Origin: Planctomycetota bacterium
GTDB lineage: Bacteria > Planctomycetota > UBA8108 > SXIK01
NCBI GenBank assembly: GCA_965223265.1
Contig: OZ244999.1
Span: 2,432,001 to 2,496,000, forward strand
Length of the DNA stretch: 64,000 bases
Reading direction: 5' to 3'
Shown here: in pieces, positions 58,987-64,000 of the stretch
Layout: each line of letters starts with the position of its first letter
Numbering within the stretch: position 1 is the first letter of the stretch
Translations under genes and position numbers: made by a program
Notes under the pieces: generated by a model
The model's input: only the letters and a program-made list of their open reading frames with translations
Told to the model about the DNA's origin: nothing
Database searches by the model: none

Positions 58987-60555
58987 ATGAACGATAGCCA
59001 TCCCACCAGCAAGCGCTGGCGCGGCCTTCGCGATCTCCGCGTCATCGTCGCACTGACGAGCGTCGCGTTTTCGCTCTGGTCGATCGTTCAGGATCCGGTC
59101 ATCAACGTCGACGGGACGCTGTACATTCAGGCAGCCGCTCGCTTCGCAGCTGGCGATTGGGGGGCGGGGTTCGCGCTCTATAACTGGCCGTTTTATTCGC
59201 TCGTGATCGCTGCCATCAGCACGATGACCGGCTTCGGCCTCGAGGCCAGCGCGCACGTGCTGAACACACTCTCCTTTGTCGCCATCTGCGTTACTTTTGT
59301 GACGATCATCCAGCGACTCGGCGGCGACAGAAAAGTCATGATCGCTGCGGCGCTGCTCATACTCTTCTATTCCCACCTCAACGAACAGCGCTCGTCCGTC
59401 ATTCGTGATCCGAGCTATCTCGCCTTCTATCTCCTGGCCGTGCTCCTGTTTCTTCAGTATCAACGCACACCCACCTGGCCTCGCGCTGTCGGTTGGGGTT
59501 TGGCAATGGGGGTCGCGACGCTCTTTCGTATGGAGGGGGTCGTCCTTCTCGTCCTCCTGCCGCTTGTCCTCTTCATCGACGGGTCTCGCACCTTCGGCGT
59601 GCGCTGCAGGGTTTTTCTCAAAGCGCACGTGGTGTTGGTCGCGCTCTGCTGCGGACTTCTTGTGCTTCGGTTGGTCGCCTCGGATTCCGACGCGTGGAAA
59701 TCAATCGCCGGAAGTCGGCTTGGGGAGCTCGACGTGCTCCTCGGCGCGTTTCGCCGCATTGTGACGCAGACGCTTCCGCATCGCGCGGACGTTTTGGCAA
59801 CCACGCTACTCGACGGCTTTTCAGCTCCCTACGCTCCTGCGGTGATCGTCATCACCATGGGGGTGATCGTTTTCTGGGAGAGCCTTTCCGTCCTCACCGA
59901 GCTGAATGCTCTGCTCGTGGTTTTGGCGATCGTGCTCTGCCGTGGGCTGTTCGGTGATCGACGGGCGCGATGGATGTGGATCACCTGCATCTTCCTGAAC
60001 GTTCTCATCCTGATCTTTATCGTTGTGATCAACTTTCACCTGACGGGGCGCAGTGGGTTCGCCCTGGCGCTGACACTTCTTGTGGCTGCGCCGTTCGGTC
60101 TTGCAAAGCTGTACGAGGATTGGATCGCTCACCGTCGCGACAGGAGGCTGCGCGCGCTGTGGTTTCCTGTCATCTGCATCTGGCTCGCCATCGCTGCGTG
60201 TGACGGTCTCGTGTCGTTCGGGCCCGGCAAGAATCACATCCGGCAGGCGGGACTCTGGGTGCGCCAGAACGTTCCCGAGGCGGCGCGATTCTTCACGAAC
60301 AACTCCTTGGTCGCGCACTACGCCGAGCGAGAATTCCACCGACTTCCTGTCAAGGATGCACGAGAGTCGGCGCTCTCGATCATCCGCAGCGGTGAGTGGA
60401 AACGCTACGAAACCTTTGCGATTCGCATCCGCAGGAGAGACGAGCGTCTCGAGTCGATCTATCGCGACGCACTGCGGCGCGAGCCAGTGCAGGTTTTCCG
60501 CAACGGAGCCGGCGATCGCGTCGCCATCTTTCAGGCGCGCGGTGCGTCTCGCTGA
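58987..60555 (+). CDS. Multi-TM glycosyltransferase-like (ArnT/GT-C) membrane protein
   Basis: INVDGTLY..A, WPFYSL, many TM helices. Confidence 0.7.
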   Translation: MNDSHPTSKRWRGLRDLRVIVALTSVAFSLWSIVQDPVINVDGTLYIQAAARFAAGDWGAGFALYNWPFYSLVIAAISTMTGFGLEASAHVLNTLSFVAICVTFVTIIQRLGGDRKVMIAAALLILFYSHLNEQRSSVIRDPSYLAFYLLAVLLFLQYQRTPTWPRAVGWGLAMGVATLFRMEGVVLLVLLPLVLFIDGSRTFGVRCRVFLKAHVVLVALCCGLLVLRLVASDSDAWKSIAGSRLGELDVLLGAFRRIVTQTLPHRADVLATTLLDGFSAPYAPAVIVITMGVIVFWESLSVLTELNALLVVLAIVLCRGLFGDRRARWMWITCIFLNVLILIFIVVINFHLTGRSGFALALTLLVAAPFGLAKLYEDWIAHRRDRRLRALWFPVICIWLAIAACDGLVSFGPGKNHIRQAGLWVRQNVPEAARFFTNNSLVAHYAEREFHRLPVKDARESALSIIRSGEWKRYETFAIRIRRRDERLESIYRDALRREPVQVFRNGAGDRVAIFQARGASR

Positions 60556-60686
60556 TCACTGCGCTGCGGTCTGCGATTCTTGATTTCATCCTGCAGCTTG
60601 ATATAAAGAGAGCCTCTGTCTTGGTTTGACGTCTGCGGGAGCCTTGGCCGCGTGTTGCGGCCGAATTCTGCAGCCGCGTCACGGGT

Positions 60687-61565
60687 GTGAGAGCTCGGGA
60701 GGATCCACTGGAGTTCATAGATTTTCTGCGCGTCGTCTGGCGCCAGCGACTCCTCATCATCGTCGGCCTGTTGGTCTGCGGCGGACTGGGTGCCGTGGTG
60801 GGGCTGTGCCTACCGAAGGTCTATGCAACCAGCTTCAACCTTCTCAACGGCAAGGTCTGGGAGAAGCCGATCGGCAACGTCTACCGAGTTGCCGAAATCA
60901 TCAACGGCGAACCCTTCCTCGACGCTGTCCGGGCGCGAGCTTCGCTTCCTAAGAGCGCTCGCCGTCTGAAGGCTGACGGCGACATCGTCGCCAGAGCCAT
61001 CGAGGGGAGAAAGACACCCGGGGGCGATCCTGCCGTTCTTGTGCGTGTTGTCTCGCGTGGGAGTTCTCCGGAGGAGGCGCTGAAGGCTGCCAACGCCGTC
61101 GCCGACCTGATCATCGAAGATCACAAGGGGCGCTACGATCAGATTCTTGCCGAGTATTCTCGTTACCAAACGGAGATTGAGGCGCAGGTGGCGGCGATCG
61201 AGCGAGAGATCGAGCAGCTGTCGAGCGATGTCAAGCAGCAGCGCACGGGACCTGACGTCAAAGCGCCGGCGGTGATTCTTCTGCAGGCGCAGCTCGAGCA
61301 GAAGCATACGCAACTGCTCGCGTTTCTTCGTGAGCTTCGCAACGTCAAGCTCAACAACACGTGTCGAGAGTTCACCGAGAACACCTCCGTGCTCTATCCG
61401 CCAGTTCGTCCTGTGGAGCCAGTCAACCTCAAGGTGGCGCAGACGACGGTGATCGGCGTTGTCGCCGGGTTCGTTCCGGTGTTGCTGCTGGCCTTTCTCG
61501 TCAACTACATCAAGACTGCGCCGCGAGACGATCAGCCTGAACCGCGACACGCCGCAAGTTCTTGA
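60687..61565 (+). CDS. Wzz-like polysaccharide chain-length determinant
   Basis: N-terminal TM with PKVY, coiled coil, PVRPVEP before a C-terminal TM. Confidence 0.75.
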   Translation: MRAREDPLEFIDFLRVVWRQRLLIIVGLLVCGGLGAVVGLCLPKVYATSFNLLNGKVWEKPIGNVYRVAEIINGEPFLDAVRARASLPKSARRLKADGDIVARAIEGRKTPGGDPAVLVRVVSRGSSPEEALKAANAVADLIIEDHKGRYDQILAEYSRYQTEIEAQVAAIEREIEQLSSDVKQQRTGPDVKAPAVILLQAQLEQKHTQLLAFLRELRNVKLNNTCREFTENTSVLYPPVRPVEPVNLKVAQTTVIGVVAGFVPVLLLAFLVNYIKTAPRDDQPEPRHAASS

Positions 61566-61589
61566 CGAACCGCGCCGGAGCCGGGCCGC

Positions 61590-63740
61590 ATGAAGCAAAT
61601 CCTCCAGAACCTCCGCACCGGCGAACTGCTGCTCGAGGAGGTTCCCTGTCCGAAGGCGCGGCCCGGGACTCTATTAATCCGAACTAGCTGCTCGCTCATC
61701 TCGCCGGGGACCGAGCGCATGCTCGTTGACTTCGGCCGCTCGGGATATCTCGCCAAGGCGAAACAGCAGCCAGAGAAGGTTCGCCAGCTCATCGATAAGG
61801 CGCGTACAGACGGTCTCTTGGCGACGTACCACGCTGTCACCTCGCGACTGGATCAGCCCCTTCCCTTGGGTTACTGCAACGTCGGTGAAGTTTTGGAGGT
61901 CGGAGAGGGGGCTGAAGGATTCGATGTCGGCGATCGCGTGGCGTCGAACGGGCCGCACGCCGAAGTCGTCTGCGTGCCGGCGAATTTGTGCGCCTCGGTG
62001 CCGCCGGGCCTTGCCGATGAAGATGCCGTCTTTACTGCGATCGCCGCGATCGCGCTGCAGGGAGTTCGGCTCGTGAATCCGACGCTGTGCGAGACGATCG
62101 CCGTTTTCGGTTTGGGGCTGGTGGGGCTCGTCGCCGTGCAGCTGCTTGAAGCGAATGGTGCCCGTGTTCTCGGGTTTGACTACGACGAGGAGCGCGTGCA
62201 GCTGGCAAAGTCGCTCGGCGTCGAGGCGATCGACCTTTCGAGCGGTGTCGACCCTGTGGTCGCCGGCACCGAGTTCAGCGGCGGGCACGGCACGGACGGT
62301 GTGCTCGTGACGGCGTCGACGCAGAGTCACGATCTTATGCATCAGGCCGCGCAGGTGTCGCGGCGGCGTGGGCGTATCGTATTGACCGGGGTTGCGGGGC
62401 TGCACCTCAATCGCAGCGACTTTTACGAGAAGGAACTCACGTTTCAAGTCTCCTGTTCCTACGGTCCGGGGCGCTACGACCCGGCGTATGAGGAACGCGG
62501 TGAGGACTATCCCCTCGCGTTCGTTCGCTGGACGGAGAACCGTAACTTCCAATCGGTCCTTGAACTCATGGCTGCTGGCCGGATCAACGTCGCGCCTCTC
62601 GTCTCGAAGCGAGTGCAGTTCAGTGCTGCGAAGGAGGCGTACGACGCGCTAGTGACGGGGAAGGACATCGGCATCCTGCTCGAGTACGAGCGTGCCGACG
62701 CAGCCGCTGCCCAGACGCAGTTGCGTGAGTCCGTCGTGAGAACATCGGCGGCACGCAGCTTGCACGACCAGCTGGTTGTGGGGGTGATCGGTGCGGGGAA
62801 CTTCACGCGTCAGATGCTCCTTCCCGTTTTGGGGCGATCTGACGCGCGTCTGAAGTGGGTCGCCAGCTCCGGCGGCGTCAGCGGCGCGCACGCCGCCCGT
62901 AAGTTTTCCTTCGAGAACGCGACAACGGAGAGCCAGCGCATCGTCGACGACCCTGAGGTCAACGCGGTCTTCATCACCACGCGTCACGATACGCACGCGA
63001 CGCTGGTGATCGATTGCCTACGTGCAGGAAAGAACGTTTTCGTGGAGAAGCCACTTTGCATCACGCGCGAGGAGCTTGATGCCGTCGCCGCGGCCTACGA
63101 CGAAGCGTCCAGTGCCAGCAGCGACTCGCGCCCCGTACTCATGGTCGGGTTCAATCGCCGCTTCGCGCCGCTGACGGCTGTAGTCAAGGAACGGCTCGAG
63201 GGACGCCAAGCGCCGATCTCGCTCACGTTCACGTGCAATGCTGGTGCGATCCCGCCGGACCATTGGCTGCAGCGCGCCGACGTCGGCGGCGGGAGAATCA
63301 TCGGCGAGGCGTGCCATTTTTTTGATCTGTTGAGTTTCCTCTCTGACGCTCGTGTCACCCGAGTGGGTGCCATCGCTCACCCGCAGGCGGACGACAACGC
63401 TGCGATGACTCTGGCATTCGAGGACGGCTCTGTTGGTCACGTCAACTACTTCGCCAACGGCTCGAAGCGTTATCCAAAGGAACGTCTCGATGTCTTTTTC
63501 GATGGCAAAGTGCTGTCGTTGATCAACTTTCGACAGCTGACTGGGTATGGCGTGGCTGGGTTTTCCAACAAGAAGCTGTGGAAGCAGGACAAGGGCCACG
63601 AGGGCGGATTCCTCGCTTTTCTCAACGCCGTGAAAGAGGGCGGAGAGTCTCCGATCCCGTTCGACAGCTTGGTGGCGACGACGCGGGCGACGCTCTGCGC
63701 CGTCGAATCCATGCGCATGGGAGAGATCGTGGTGGTGTGA
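61590..63740 (+). CDS. Bi-domain oxidoreductase (Zn-ADH-like plus Gfo/Idh/MocA) of polysaccharide clusters
   Basis: ISPGTE, SCSYGPGRYD, RWTENRN, GAGNF, VFVEKP, GEACHF. Confidence 0.9.
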   Translation: MKQILQNLRTGELLLEEVPCPKARPGTLLIRTSCSLISPGTERMLVDFGRSGYLAKAKQQPEKVRQLIDKARTDGLLATYHAVTSRLDQPLPLGYCNVGEVLEVGEGAEGFDVGDRVASNGPHAEVVCVPANLCASVPPGLADEDAVFTAIAAIALQGVRLVNPTLCETIAVFGLGLVGLVAVQLLEANGARVLGFDYDEERVQLAKSLGVEAIDLSSGVDPVVAGTEFSGGHGTDGVLVTASTQSHDLMHQAAQVSRRRGRIVLTGVAGLHLNRSDFYEKELTFQVSCSYGPGRYDPAYEERGEDYPLAFVRWTENRNFQSVLELMAAGRINVAPLVSKRVQFSAAKEAYDALVTGKDIGILLEYERADAAAAQTQLRESVVRTSAARSLHDQLVVGVIGAGNFTRQMLLPVLGRSDARLKWVASSGGVSGAHAARKFSFENATTESQRIVDDPEVNAVFITTRHDTHATLVIDCLRAGKNVFVEKPLCITREELDAVAAAYDEASSASSDSRPVLMVGFNRRFAPLTAVVKERLEGRQAPISLTFTCNAGAIPPDHWLQRADVGGGRIIGEACHFFDLLSFLSDARVTRVGAIAHPQADDNAAMTLAFEDGSVGHVNYFANGSKRYPKERLDVFFDGKVLSLINFRQLTGYGVAGFSNKKLWKQDKGHEGGFLAFLNAVKEGGESPIPFDSLVATTRATLCAVESMRMGEIVVV

Positions 63741-64000
63741 AGCAAGACAGCGTCGCTCCTATGCTTGCGTTCGTTCACATCGAAAAGTGCGGTGGCACGA
63801 CGCTCCTGCACCAGTTGAGACGCGGGTTTGGCATCGACCACTTTGACGTCATCCCGAAGGATAAGGAAGCGGTGCTTTTCGGCGCTGACGACATGCGCGC
63901 GCTCCTCAAACTGCGTCCCAGCGTCAAGAGCATCGCCGGTCATTCCGTGCGGATTCACTCCGGTCTGGAGTCCGTGGTCGAACGGGTCAGCTACTACACG
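63737..64000 (+). CDS. Sulfotransferase-family protein (partial, runs off the window)
   Basis: FVHIEKCGGTT PAPS-binding loop; GTGA overlap with the previous gene. Confidence 0.75.
   Translation, partial: MKQDSVAPMLAFVHIEKCGGTTLLHQLRRGFGIDHFDVIPKDKEAVLFGADDMRALLKLRPSVKSIAGHSVRIHSGLESVVERVSYYT

Noticed and set aside
1-64000. tRNA, rRNA, prophage or prepilin peptidase genes
   Set aside because: None recognised by eye; a covariance-model scan would be needed to exclude small RNAs

Overview
GC-rich bacterial DNA; gene content and repeats suggest a Planctomycetota-like host, which is inference only. There are four blocks. (1) 1-31.3 kb: a divergent ECF sigma factor, a type II secretion (T2SS)-like operon (gspD,E,F,G,H,I,J,K,C,L,M-like genes plus a TPR lipoprotein) and a TPR protein, followed by two paralogous Rhs proteins with different C-terminal tips. 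Rhs1 has a signal-peptide-like N-terminus and no PAAR/VgrG; Rhs2 is 5'-truncated by an IS4 element. A candidate immunity cassette occurs twice, bracketing the module, and a CACATY-N8-CSTACCT motif lies upstream of both the T2SS and the TPR-Rhs transcription units. Together these suggest a co-regulated, T2SS-delivered Rhs polymorphic toxin system. (2) 31.3-50 kb: nested mobile elements with resolvable junctions. An outer DDE/ExeA transposon contains an IS21 element, whose istA contains a large-serine-recombinase element, and a RIT tyrosine-recombinase trio; IS3 and ISL3 remnants flank it. The reconstructed circle junction of the serine-recombinase element supplies an ATG and SD in frame to its DUF5372-like gene while restoring istA, so that gene appears to be excision-activated. 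(3) 48-54.5 kb: orphan immunity-like genes, a broken nucleotidyltransferase pair and a short repeat array. (4) 54.7-64 kb: a Tat phosphotriesterase-like enzyme, an SGNH/lyase-like fusion and the start of a surface-polysaccharide cluster. Family names come from recognised motifs, not database searches.
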